Source of the DNA: Planctomycetota bacterium
GTDB taxonomy: Bacteria > Planctomycetota > MHYJ01 > JACPRB01
Direction of reading: 5' to 3'
Assembly: GCA_016209705.1 (NCBI GenBank)
Contig: JACQVR010000134.1
Coordinates: forward strand, 64,194-128,193
DNA: 64,000 nucleotides
The position numbers and the translations under genes are program-made. Below the pieces are notes generated by a model that was not told where the DNA came from, ran no database searches, and was given only the letters and a program-made list of their open reading frames with translations. This document shows positions 1-8,505 of this stretch, piece after piece (positions within the stretch are counted from its first letter, which is position 1; every line of letters begins with the position of its first letter).

Positions 1-2
1 TC

Positions 3-155
3 CGGCGTTTGGTGATCGAGGGCCGGTCGTCGATGGACATGAAGCGCTGCGCCTTTGAGCATGGCATGCTGACGCTGCGCCGGACGGGTCTGCTCAACGC
101 GATGCGCGGCCGGACCACGCTGGAAGAAGTCCTGCGCATGACGATGGCCGATTGA
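3..155 (+). CDS. C-terminal fragment of a type IV pilus / T2SS assembly ATPase (PilB/GspE family); the 5' part lies outside the window
   Basis: The open frame from position 3 translates to RRLVIEGRSSMDMKRCAFEHGMLTLRRTGLLNAMRGRTTLEEVLRMTMAD*, which matches the conserved C-terminal tail of GspE/PilB ATPases. It is followed 80 bp downstream by a GspF/PilC gene. Confidence 0.7.
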   Translation, partial: RRLVIEGRSSMDMKRCAFEHGMLTLRRTGLLNAMRGRTTLEEVLRMTMAD

Positions 156-237
156 AGCTCGTAGCTATCAGCCGTCAGCTATCAGCTGAAAGCACTGATT
201 GCTGAGAGCTGACCGCTGATAGCGTGTCGGAGAGAAT

Positions 238-1464
238 ATGGCGGTTTACACGTACGAAGCGCGGTCCACCGAAGGGCGGAAGATCGACGGAACCGTGAAA
301 GCCTCGGACCGGGCGTCCGCCCTCGACCAGCTCAAGAGGAAGAACCTGACCGTCCTCCAGCTCACGGAGGACAGCGGGCTGGCCGCCAAGCGCACGTTGT
401 TCGGGCGGGCGCCGCGGGCGAAGGTTCGCACCAAGGACATCGTCGTCTGGACGCGGCAGCTTTCCACGATGATCTCCGCGGGCATCTCCCTCTTGGAGGC
501 GCTGGAGATCCTGTGCGAGCAAACGACCGATCCCGGGTTCCGGCGCGTCATGGACCGCATCATCGAGCGGGTCCGTGGCGGCGCCGACTTCTCCACGGCC
601 CTGGGCGAACATTCGAAGATCTTCACGGCGATTTTCGTGAACATGATCAAGGCGGGCGAGGCCAGCGGCAACCTGGACGTCATTCTCCTCCGGCTCGCCG
701 AGTATCTGGAGGCGACCGAAGAGATCAAGCGCGAAGTCAAAGCCGCTTTGGTGTATCCGTGCGTCTCGCTGACCCTGATTCTGGCCATCACGATCGGCCT
801 CATCGTCGGAATCGTGCCGAAGTTCCAGGCGATCTTCGAACAGCTCGGCATGAAGGAGCTCCCGTTGCCCACGGCCGTCCTCCTGGCGATCAGCAACTTC
901 ATGCGCAACCAGTTCTTCTTGATGATCGGCATGATCATTGTTCTGGTCGTGACGTTCATCCTGCTAAAGCGGACCAAGCCCGGCACGCGGATCTGGCACA
1001 AGTTCCTCCTGACGATGCCGGTCTTCGGTCCGATCATCCGCAAGGTGGCGATCTCCCGCTTCTCGCGCACGTTCTCGACGCTGATCCAGAGCGGCGTCCC
1101 CATGCTGGGCGCGCTGGACATCGTGGCCGGCACCGCGGGCAACGTGATCATCGAGTCGGCCGTGCTGAAGGCCAAGGACGCGGTCAGCCGGGGGGAGACG
1201 CTCGGCGATCCGCTCGCCTCGACCCGCGTGTTCCCGCCGATGGTGACGCGCATGATCGCGATCGGAGAGAAGACGGGCGCGCTGGAAAAACTGCTCTCCA
1301 AGATTTCGGACTTCTACGATTCCGAAGTCCGCGCCGCGGTGAAGTCCCTGACCTCGCTGATCGAGCCGCTCATGATCGGCACGATGGGATTGATCGTCGG
1401 CGGCATCGTGCTGGCGATCTTCATGCCGATCATCGACATCCAGAGGAAGCTGGCCGGTTCGTGA
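238..1464 (+). CDS. Type IV pilus / type II secretion inner-membrane platform protein (GspF/PilC family)
   Basis: The 408-aa product has the PilC/GspF N-terminus (MAVYTYEARSTEGRKIDGTVKASDRASALDQLKRKNLTVLQ), two T2SSF-like repeats and three TM segments. A GGAGAG ribosome-binding site sits 4 nt upstream of the ATG. Confidence 0.85.
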   Translation: MAVYTYEARSTEGRKIDGTVKASDRASALDQLKRKNLTVLQLTEDSGLAAKRTLFGRAPRAKVRTKDIVVWTRQLSTMISAGISLLEALEILCEQTTDPGFRRVMDRIIERVRGGADFSTALGEHSKIFTAIFVNMIKAGEASGNLDVILLRLAEYLEATEEIKREVKAALVYPCVSLTLILAITIGLIVGIVPKFQAIFEQLGMKELPLPTAVLLAISNFMRNQFFLMIGMIIVLVVTFILLKRTKPGTRIWHKFLLTMPVFGPIIRKVAISRFSRTFSTLIQSGVPMLGALDIVAGTAGNVIIESAVLKAKDAVSRGETLGDPLASTRVFPPMVTRMIAIGEKTGALEKLLSKISDFYDSEVRAAVKSLTSLIEPLMIGTMGLIVGGIVLAIFMPIIDIQRKLAGS

Positions 1465-1763
1465 TGGCGTGGTGCCCGAGAGGTCACGGAAGAAGCGGAG
1501 CGCACGGAGAAATCCCGTCACCGGAGACACGGAGCCACGGAGAAAAATTGGGGAGATGTGGAGATTGCTGGAGCCATGGAGATCGAAAGGAGTCCGATGG
1601 AGCTAACGCTCCCAAAAATATCTCCCTATCTCCCCCCTATCTCCAGCTCTCCTTGAAGAATCTTCTCCGTGCCTTCGTGCCTCCGGGGTTTGTACGCTCT
1701 CCGTGAACTCCGACTCCTCTTTGTGCTCGAACTCGGAGATTTTGCAGCAGGTTCTGAGTCGCG

Positions 1764-3407
1764 ATGGCATCCAGGGTGTCCAGCCGCATCCTTCCTCGAG
1801 AGCCGGGGGCCGGAGGCCTCCTGACGTGGCTGCCTCTGCTGCGCCTGGCGGTCGCGGGGTTGGCCGCGTACGTCGTTTTCCGCCAGGATCCCAAGCATCC
1901 CTTCCAGCGTCCCGAGTTCCTCCTCCTCGTCGGCGCTTCGGTCATCAACCTGCCGTATCTGCTGCTTCAGACCATGACCCGCGATCGCCGCAAGCTGGTC
2001 ATGGCCCAGCTCGCGATCGACATCCTGACCATCTCGGGGCTGGTCTACATGGCGGGCCCTTTGAGCCCTCACGCTTATTTCTACTTCGCCGTCGTCATCC
2101 TCGTCGCGCTGTTCATCAGTCCGCGCGCGGGATTGGGGTTCGCCGCTTTTTCCAGCGCTTTCCTGGTGCTCATCACGTCGCTGTATTTCACGGCCGCTCA
2201 CTTCGCGGGCATCGAGCTGCCGTATCTCGCGTCGCTCGCCTCGGACGAGATCGTTCCGCTGTACGGGATGCCGGAGCTGATGCTCTTCTCCCTCCTGCTC
2301 TACGTGGCGGGATTGCACGCGGTCGCCTGGCTGGCGGGGCGGCTGTCGGAAGAGCTCAACCGCGTGCGCATCCTCAATACGGAGATCCTTCAGAACATGA
2401 CGGGCGGCGTCATCGCGGTCGATCTTCAAGGCGCCATCGCGTTCGTGAATCCCCAGGCGGCTTCGCTGCTCCAGATTTCGGAGCCTTCCGCGCGCGTGGC
2501 CGGCAGGTCCTATGCGGAAGCATTGCCTTCCGAGATCTCCGATCTGTTCCAGCGGTCCTTGGCCCGGAACGAGCACGTCGAGCAGGAGGTGCGGATCGGT
2601 TCGATCCCGATCGGAATCTCGCTCTCGCCTCTGAGCGATGAACGCAACGTCGGAAGGATCCGGGGCGTCGTGGCCATTCTCAACGACCTGACCTTGAGGC
2701 ACGAGATGGAGCGGATGGCGAAGCGGGCGGAGCGGTTTCGGGCTCTGCTCGAGATCAGCGCCAGCATCGCCCACGAGATTCGCAACCCCATCGCCTCGAT
2801 CCGCGGCGCCGCCCAGGAATTGTCGGCCGTTCCGGTGTCCGGCGAGGACAATCACGCCCTGCTCAACATCGTCATCCGCGAATCCGATCGGCTCGACAAG
2901 ATCGTTTCGGATTTCCTGGACTATGCCGGCGATCGACCCGAAGAGCTGAAGCTGTTGAACGTGGCCGACCTGCTCCAGGAGGTCGTCTTGCTTCTGCAAA
3001 CCCGGGCCGGCGCGGGGCGCGTTCAGATCCGCCTGGAAACGCCCCGGGAAGCGACCTGCCGCGGGGCGCACGACAAACTCAAGCAGGTGTTTCTGAATCT
3101 GGGCCTCAACGCGCTCGAAGCCGGGGGGGAGAAGGGCGGGACGCTGGCCGTGCGATGCTTCCACGCCCACTCTCCGAAAGGGGACCTCCGGGAAGGCGTG
3201 CTGGTCGAGTTCGAGGACAACGGCCCGGGAATCGCGCCGGAACATCTCGCTCGGCTGTTCACCCCGTTTTTCACTACGAAGCCCCGCGGCACCGGCATGG
3301 GGCTGGCGATCGCGCGCAAGATCGTGGAGGATCACGACGGGTCGATCGTCATGGACAGCCGGGTCGGAAAGGGGACCGTCGCGAGAGTATGGCTGCCGTC
3401 CATTTGA
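1764..3407 (+). CDS. Membrane sensor histidine kinase (PilS-like architecture: polytopic N-terminus, PAS, HisKA, HATPase_c)
   Basis: About six N-terminal TM helices precede an H-box (EISASIAHEIRNPIASIRGAAQEL) and the N, G1 and G2 boxes (GTGMGLAIARKIVEDHDGSIVM). It lies immediately downstream of pilB/pilC, and no cognate response regulator is adjacent. Confidence 0.8.
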   Translation: MASRVSSRILPREPGAGGLLTWLPLLRLAVAGLAAYVVFRQDPKHPFQRPEFLLLVGASVINLPYLLLQTMTRDRRKLVMAQLAIDILTISGLVYMAGPLSPHAYFYFAVVILVALFISPRAGLGFAAFSSAFLVLITSLYFTAAHFAGIELPYLASLASDEIVPLYGMPELMLFSLLLYVAGLHAVAWLAGRLSEELNRVRILNTEILQNMTGGVIAVDLQGAIAFVNPQAASLLQISEPSARVAGRSYAEALPSEISDLFQRSLARNEHVEQEVRIGSIPIGISLSPLSDERNVGRIRGVVAILNDLTLRHEMERMAKRAERFRALLEISASIAHEIRNPIASIRGAAQELSAVPVSGEDNHALLNIVIRESDRLDKIVSDFLDYAGDRPEELKLLNVADLLQEVVLLLQTRAGAGRVQIRLETPREATCRGAHDKLKQVFLNLGLNALEAGGEKGGTLAVRCFHAHSPKGDLREGVLVEFEDNGPGIAPEHLARLFTPFFTTKPRGTGMGLAIARKIVEDHDGSIVMDSRVGKGTVARVWLPSI

Positions 3408-3408
3408 T

Positions 3409-3466
3409 AGGAAGTACGGAGTAAGAAGTCAGACGGTGGGCGCGCACTTCCTACTTCGTACTACCT
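3409..3466. terminator. Putative bidirectional hairpin terminator between the convergent histidine-kinase and DUF885 genes
   Basis: AGGAAGTACGGAGTAAGAAGT (3409–3429) and ACTTCCTACTTCGTACTACCT (3446–3466) pair at 18 of 21 positions around a 16-nt GC-rich loop. The element sits exactly between the two stop codons, and there is no U-tract. Confidence 0.35.
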
Positions 3467-5150
3467 ACTCTCCATCCCACCGCTCGATCATCATCCGCAA
3501 GGTCGGCAGCGGAATTGCCCCGTGCCGCAGGACTTCGTGATGAAATCGGCGAATGTCGAACCGCGCCCCGAGCCGCACTTGCGCCTCGGCGCGCAACGCC
3601 TGGATCTCCCGCTGGCCGACCTTGTAGGCCAAAGCCTGGCCCGGCCAGATGATGTAGCGATCGATCTCGTTCAGGATCTCGACGTCCGAGAGCGCCAGAT
3701 GCTCGCGGAAGAACTCGATGGCGCGCTCTCTCGACCAGTCGAACGCGTGAAGGCCCGTATCGACGACCAATCGCGCCGCCCGCCAGGCTTGGTACGTGAG
3801 CATTCCGTATCGCTCGAGATCGTTTTCGTAGACACCCATCTCGTCGGCCAAACGTTCGGTGTAGAGCGCCCAACCTTCCACGAACGCCGTGAAACCGACG
3901 TGCCGCCGGAACTTCGGCAGGCCTTCCAGCTCCATGGCGAGCGCGATTTGCAAATGGTGCCCCGGAACCGCTTCGTGCACCGCCAGGGCGGCCATCGTAT
4001 AGCGGGGGCGGGTTTCGGGCCGGTAGCAATTCGCGTAGAAAATGCCGGGGCGGGATCCGTCTTCCGGCGGACTGTAATAGAAGGCCGCCACGCTGTCTTT
4101 CTCGCGATATTCTTCGATGGCCTTCACTTCGTAGCCCGTCTTCGGGAGGCGGTCGAAATACTGCGGGAGCTTTGCGTCCACGTGGCGCAGGATCCTGCGG
4201 AAGCCTTCGAGATATTCCTCCCGGGAGGTCGCGAAATTGGCCCGATCCGCGCGGAGTCGGGCCGCGAACTCCTTGAGGTCGTCCGTCTTGGCGATCGCGC
4301 GCATCTCCCGCTCGATCGCGGCGAGCTCGTCCAGGCCGATGCGATGCAGGTTCTCCGCCGTCGCGTCGAGCGACGTGTGATAGCGGATGCGGAAGCGGTA
4401 GGCCGCTTCGCCTCCGGGCAGGGCCGAGAGGCCCGGCGCCTCCCGAGGGCGGTACTCCGATTCCAGGAACGCTTTCAGCTTCTCAAACGCGGGGCGGACA
4501 TGCGTCGCCGCGCCCTCCGGATCGGCGGTCGAGATCGGCCAGTCGGTCACCCGCGCCGCCAGATGGGCCTTGAGCTGATCGAGAACGCGGTCGACGGCGA
4601 TCCGAGGGGCGACGCGCCCCTCTCGTAGCCCTTCTCGGAGGTTTGCGATATACTGATCCATGTAGCGGGGAAACGCCTGGAGCCGCGCGGCGAACGTGCG
4701 GCGGCCCTCCGTGTCTTTCAGGGGATGGTGATTGACGAGTTCGAAGAGCCACACGTGGGGACCTTCCATCTGATCCACGTCCCATTGATAGAACTTGTGA
4801 TCGAAGGCTTCGATCGAAAGCTCCAGCCTCCGTATCAGGATGTCCGCGGTCACGCGATCGGCGTCCGTGAGCGCGGTCACGGCGCGAGCGCGGATCAGAA
4901 AGCTTTCCAGCGCGCGGCGCTCGGCCGCGCGGCCTTCGGCACTGAGGTCCGGAAGGAGGTGGTCATAGCGGCGGTCGCCCAGGTACGTCGCCCATACCGG
5001 GTCCTGGCGGAGCCGGAACTCCCAGTATTCGTCGCACAACGCGGCCAGCTCCGGCGAGCGGTCGGGGGCGGCCGCGCGGCCGCCGCAGGCGGCGCTCCCG
5101 AGCGCCCGAAGGGCCGCCGCCCCGAGGCGGATCGAAAAAAAGCGATTCAA
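3465..5150 (-). CDS. DUF885-family lipoprotein (putative metallopeptidase-like)
   Basis: The 561-aa product has a signal peptide with lipobox (LGSAACGG) and the HEAVPGHH motif characteristic of DUF885 proteins. Confidence 0.7.
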   Translation of the reverse strand: MNRFFSIRLGAAALRALGSAACGGRAAAPDRSPELAALCDEYWEFRLRQDPVWATYLGDRRYDHLLPDLSAEGRAAERRALESFLIRARAVTALTDADRVTADILIRRLELSIEAFDHKFYQWDVDQMEGPHVWLFELVNHHPLKDTEGRRTFAARLQAFPRYMDQYIANLREGLREGRVAPRIAVDRVLDQLKAHLAARVTDWPISTADPEGAATHVRPAFEKLKAFLESEYRPREAPGLSALPGGEAAYRFRIRYHTSLDATAENLHRIGLDELAAIEREMRAIAKTDDLKEFAARLRADRANFATSREEYLEGFRRILRHVDAKLPQYFDRLPKTGYEVKAIEEYREKDSVAAFYYSPPEDGSRPGIFYANCYRPETRPRYTMAALAVHEAVPGHHLQIALAMELEGLPKFRRHVGFTAFVEGWALYTERLADEMGVYENDLERYGMLTYQAWRAARLVVDTGLHAFDWSRERAIEFFREHLALSDVEILNEIDRYIIWPGQALAYKVGQREIQALRAEAQVRLGARFDIRRFHHEVLRHGAIPLPTLRMMIERWDGE

Positions 5151-5201
5151 GGGAACCTTTCTATATTTTGGCGCGCGGTATATTTAAACTAAACGAACCC
5201 C

Positions 5202-5981
5202 ATGGACAACACTTCTTCCTTCATCGTCCTGGTGGACCCCGACCGCAAGTTGCTCCAGCAGCTTCAGATGTCCTTGAAGGAACAGGGATACGATGTGCTC
5301 GCGGTGACGGAAGCGGAGGCCGGTTTGTCCGCCATCCGCCAGCGAATGCCGGACATGGTCATCACCGAAGTGGTGCTGCCCAACCTGGACGGATGGAGCT
5401 TCATCACGCAGTTTCGGTCGCTTCCCGGAGCCGCGTTCATTCCGGTGGTCTTCCTGTCGAACCAGAACACCGTCAAGGACCGCATTCACAGCTTCCGGCT
5501 GGGAGCGGACGATTACCTGGGCAAGCCGTTCGATACCGAAGAGCTGATCATCCGGGTCGCCCGCGCGTTGGACCGCCGGCGCGGGATCGAGCACACGGCG
5601 CGGGCGCAACGGGCCGCGCGCAAGTCGCCCAGCGGCGTCGGCTTGCACGGGACGCTGGGAGAAATGGGTTTGGCCTCCCTGCTGACCATCCTGGAGATGG
5701 AGCGCAAGAGCGGCATCCTGGAAGTGCGCCATCCGCCGCGCGGCGAGACGGCGGCCGTCCTGTTCAAGAACGGGCGCATCGTCCAGGCGTGCGTGGACGG
5801 CAAGGTCTCCCTGAAAAACCACGAAGCCGTTTACTACCTGTCCGAATGGTCCGGCGGCAAATTCGAGTTCACCTCGCTTCCGGTGGACGTCGACGACGAA
5901 ATCAACGCGTCCACTTCCTCCCTGCTCCTGGAGGCCGCTCGGCGTCTGGATGAGAACCGGCGTCGGGAGACCCACTATTGA
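5202..5981 (+). CDS. Response regulator: receiver domain plus C-terminal DUF4388 domain
   Basis: An N-terminal REC domain (LVDPDRKLL...DMVITEVVLPNLDGW, with Asp and Lys present) is followed by a DUF4388-like block (GTLGEMGLASLLTILEMERKSGILEV). Confidence 0.75.
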   Translation: MDNTSSFIVLVDPDRKLLQQLQMSLKEQGYDVLAVTEAEAGLSAIRQRMPDMVITEVVLPNLDGWSFITQFRSLPGAAFIPVVFLSNQNTVKDRIHSFRLGADDYLGKPFDTEELIIRVARALDRRRGIEHTARAQRAARKSPSGVGLHGTLGEMGLASLLTILEMERKSGILEVRHPPRGETAAVLFKNGRIVQACVDGKVSLKNHEAVYYLSEWSGGKFEFTSLPVDVDDEINASTSSLLLEAARRLDENRRRETHY

Positions 5982-6742
5982 TGGAACGGACCCGCATCCT
6001 GGTGGTCGACGACGACGAGCTTTATCTTCGCCTGGTGAGCACGACGCTGACCGAACAGGGCTACGACGTCGTCATGGCGCAGGACGGCGTGGAAGCGTTG
6101 AACCAGATCAAGGAGCGACTGCCGGACCTGATCATCACCGACATCCTGATGCCCAAGATCGACGGCCATACCTTGATCATGCGCTTCCGCACGTTGCCGG
6201 GGTCCGCCTACGTGCCGGTCATCTTCCTTTCGGCCCGCGGCTCGACCGAGGATCGGATCTACGGGTTCCGGCTGGGCGCGGACGATTACCTGCCGAAGCC
6301 GTTTCATACCGAGGAACTGGTGCTGCGGATCGCCAAGGCGCTGGACCGCCGGCGGGGGATCGAGCGGAGCACGCGCGGCATGCGGGCGGGGCGCCGCACG
6401 CCGGGTTCGTCCGACCTGCACGGGACGCTGTCGGAGCTGGGCTTTCCCTCGGTGCTGACGCTGATGGACATGGAACGAAAAAGCGGCATCTTGGAGCTCC
6501 GGCACCCGGGGCGCGGAGAAACGGCCGCGCTGCTCATCCGGGAAGGGCAGGTGGTCCAGGCCAGCGTGGACGGGTTGGTCCCGATGAAGAACAAAGAGGC
6601 GATCTACTACTTGGCCGAATGGACCACCGGGCGCTTTGCCTTCACGGCGTTGCCGGTGAACGTTCCGGACGAGATCAAGACCCCGACGGCGGTGCTTCTG
6701 ATGGAAGCGGCGCGGCGTCTGGATGAACAAAAGGGGCCGTAG
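5978..6742 (+). CDS. Response regulator REC-DUF4388, a tandem paralog of the upstream gene
   Basis: Domain order is the same as in 5202–5981 with roughly 50% identity by eye. Its start codon overlaps the upstream stop (ATGA), suggesting translational coupling. Confidence 0.75.
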   Translation: MMERTRILVVDDDELYLRLVSTTLTEQGYDVVMAQDGVEALNQIKERLPDLIITDILMPKIDGHTLIMRFRTLPGSAYVPVIFLSARGSTEDRIYGFRLGADDYLPKPFHTEELVLRIAKALDRRRGIERSTRGMRAGRRTPGSSDLHGTLSELGFPSVLTLMDMERKSGILELRHPGRGETAALLIREGQVVQASVDGLVPMKNKEAIYYLAEWTTGRFAFTALPVNVPDEIKTPTAVLLMEAARRLDEQKGP

Positions 6743-6789
6743 CGGGCGCCCATTCGCGCGCCCGCCGCCCGAACGCGTCTGCGTCCATT

Positions 6790-6820
6790 GTTACAAATAA
6801 TTTTCAAAAATAATCGTAAC
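6790..6820. repeat. 31-nt palindromic element GTTACAAATAA-N-TAATCGTAAC (family copy A)
   Basis: Inverted 10-bp arms flank a central TTTTCAAAAA. The same unit recurs at 6857, 6888, 42422, 52244, 58233 and 58264. Confidence 0.6.
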
Positions 6821-6856
6821 AGAATGAATCGTAGCAGAAGGTGGTCGGCGCCGAAA

Positions 6857-6918
6857 GTTACGATAAATTCTCAAAACTTATTGTAACGTTACGAAATATT
6901 CTCAAAATTTATTGTAAC
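6857..6918. repeat. Two tandem 31-nt palindromic units (GTTACGATAAATTCTCAAAACTTATTGTAAC and GTTACGAAATATTCTCAAAATTTATTGTAAC)
   Basis: The two units form a perfect head-to-tail tandem whose junction TTGTAACGTTACGA is itself palindromic. The second unit ends exactly at the TAG stop of the convergent OMP gene. Confidence 0.65.
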
Positions 6919-8114
6919 TACCAGGTGAAGAGAAGGGAGAGGTACAGCACATGGCGGCGGTAGTCCAACGTTTCGCCGGTGCCCGCGGGGGGAGCGGCGA
7001 GCGTGGCTTCCTGCTGGGCGCGCTCGTATCCCAGGCGGAGCTTCCAACGGCGTGACAGCCAGTGATCCAGCGACAGGCCGGCGATGTGCTGAATGTCCTC
7101 GCGGTCCCGGTGCTCCACATCCAGGAGCAAGTCGGAATCGTAGGCGCGCCTGCGCCACAGATACTCCAAGCCGAGCATCGTCGAGGAGCCGAGGACGTAC
7201 TTCACCGTCAGGGAGACTTCATCGACCGAATGGCCGCGGTCCACCGGCGTCACGCCGCGCGCGTTGGGATCCGCGACGTCGCCGTCGCCGTTGAAGTCGA
7301 TTCCCACGTCGAATTCGTTGAATATGAGGACTTCGTTCGTGACGTCGGCGTCCACCGGCGCATGCTCGAACTGAAGCGCCACCCCCAGGCTTTCATACGC
7401 GACCTCGAGACCGAGCGCGAACCCCAGCGCTTCCTCGTCGCGGCCTGCGAACGGCGGATCGTACGTGCGGTCCCGGCGTTCCACGCGCGCGATGGCCAGG
7501 ATTTCCCTCAGCGATTGGCGGGGGCGATACAGGAGATGGTGGCGGTATTCCAGTTCCAGGACGATCTCCCGGTACCGTCCTGCGGAATAGACGCGTTCGT
7601 CGTCGGAAATGGCCTCGTCTCCATTCGCGTCGGAGGCGTTCGACAGGTAGTTCTTCTCGAAGAGATCGGGCAGAAAACGGAAGGCGATCCCCAGTTCTCC
7701 GCCGGAACTGATCCCCTGACGCGCGCCGAACGCCGCCGTCAAGTGGTTCATGACGGGATTCTGCGTCTGAAGGTGGAATGCCGTCTCGATCCAGAGTCCC
7801 GCGCGAAGGCCGAAGGGGCTCCTTCCGGCGGCATCCAGCCGCCAGCGGGTCGAGTTTCTGAATTCCTCCACGCTCTCCATGTCGTCGAATCGGCCCGACG
7901 CCCGGTCGTCGGCGCGGCCGTCTTCGAGTCGCGACGCGCTTCCATGGTCCAGCGCGAAAACGTTGTCCGAATAGACGAAGTCGTTGCTCAGCTCCATCTC
8001 GTAGCTCCAGCTCGACGGCGTCCGGGCGTACCAGGGCTTGTGTTGCTGGAGGTCCTGCGGCGGCGCGGCCGAGGACGCCGTCGCGACGCAGAAGACGAAG
8101 GCGATCGAGCTCAT
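6918..8114 (-). CDS. Outer-membrane beta-barrel protein (hypothetical)
   Basis: The product has a signal peptide (MSSIAFVFCVATASSAAP), alternating amphipathic strands and a C-terminal aromatic signature (...YLSLLFTW). Confidence 0.6.
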   Translation of the reverse strand: MSSIAFVFCVATASSAAPPQDLQQHKPWYARTPSSWSYEMELSNDFVYSDNVFALDHGSASRLEDGRADDRASGRFDDMESVEEFRNSTRWRLDAAGRSPFGLRAGLWIETAFHLQTQNPVMNHLTAAFGARQGISSGGELGIAFRFLPDLFEKNYLSNASDANGDEAISDDERVYSAGRYREIVLELEYRHHLLYRPRQSLREILAIARVERRDRTYDPPFAGRDEEALGFALGLEVAYESLGVALQFEHAPVDADVTNEVLIFNEFDVGIDFNGDGDVADPNARGVTPVDRGHSVDEVSLTVKYVLGSSTMLGLEYLWRRRAYDSDLLLDVEHRDREDIQHIAGLSLDHWLSRRWKLRLGYERAQQEATLAAPPAGTGETLDYRRHVLYLSLLFTW

Positions 8115-8505
8115 GGGTGCAGGGAAAATATGGGGGGCATGTTAAACGCGGAGCCCGGCCCCGTCGAACAATTTCTTCGATGGGGATTTTGCTTTGAGCC
8201 CTCCGGCCGCGCCATTCAAACTCCCTGCCTCCAGGTTACCCTCATAAGGACGAACCGTGAGTGCCAGAACCCTTCTCGCGTGGGCGGCGGCATGGCTGGC
8301 CTCTCCGACGCTCGCGCATTCCCAGGAGATTCTCGTGGGTCCCCGCGCCCGCGGCATGGGCGGGTTCGGCGGCCGCGCTCGCTCCCGCGGGATGCGAGCA
8401 AAGAGCGGATATCCTGTCGATTCCGATCTGGTCCATTCCTCTTCGCATCTCCGTGGCTTCCGGTTAGAAAAGTGCTTTCTTGCCCTTCTCAAGAAAGGAA
8501 GCGGT

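Noticed and set aside
1626-3335. 569-aa minus-strand ORF
   Set aside because: It lies antisense to the well-supported histidine kinase gene and its Arg/Gly/Asp-rich translation has no domain. It is a typical high-GC shadow ORF.
6780-6930. Possible CRISPR-like array, because of repeated 31-nt units
   Set aside because: Only two tandem units with no spacers. The units are palindromic, AT-rich and dispersed singly elsewhere, which is behaviour of REP-like elements or operators rather than CRISPR repeats. No cas genes are present.
8257-8505. N-terminal extension of the molybdoenzyme ORF from the ATG at 8257
   Set aside because: The extension (MSARTLLAWAAAWLASP...GFRLEKCFLALLKK) has no homology to the family. 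The conserved Cys cluster begins right after a TTG with a strong RBS at 8506.
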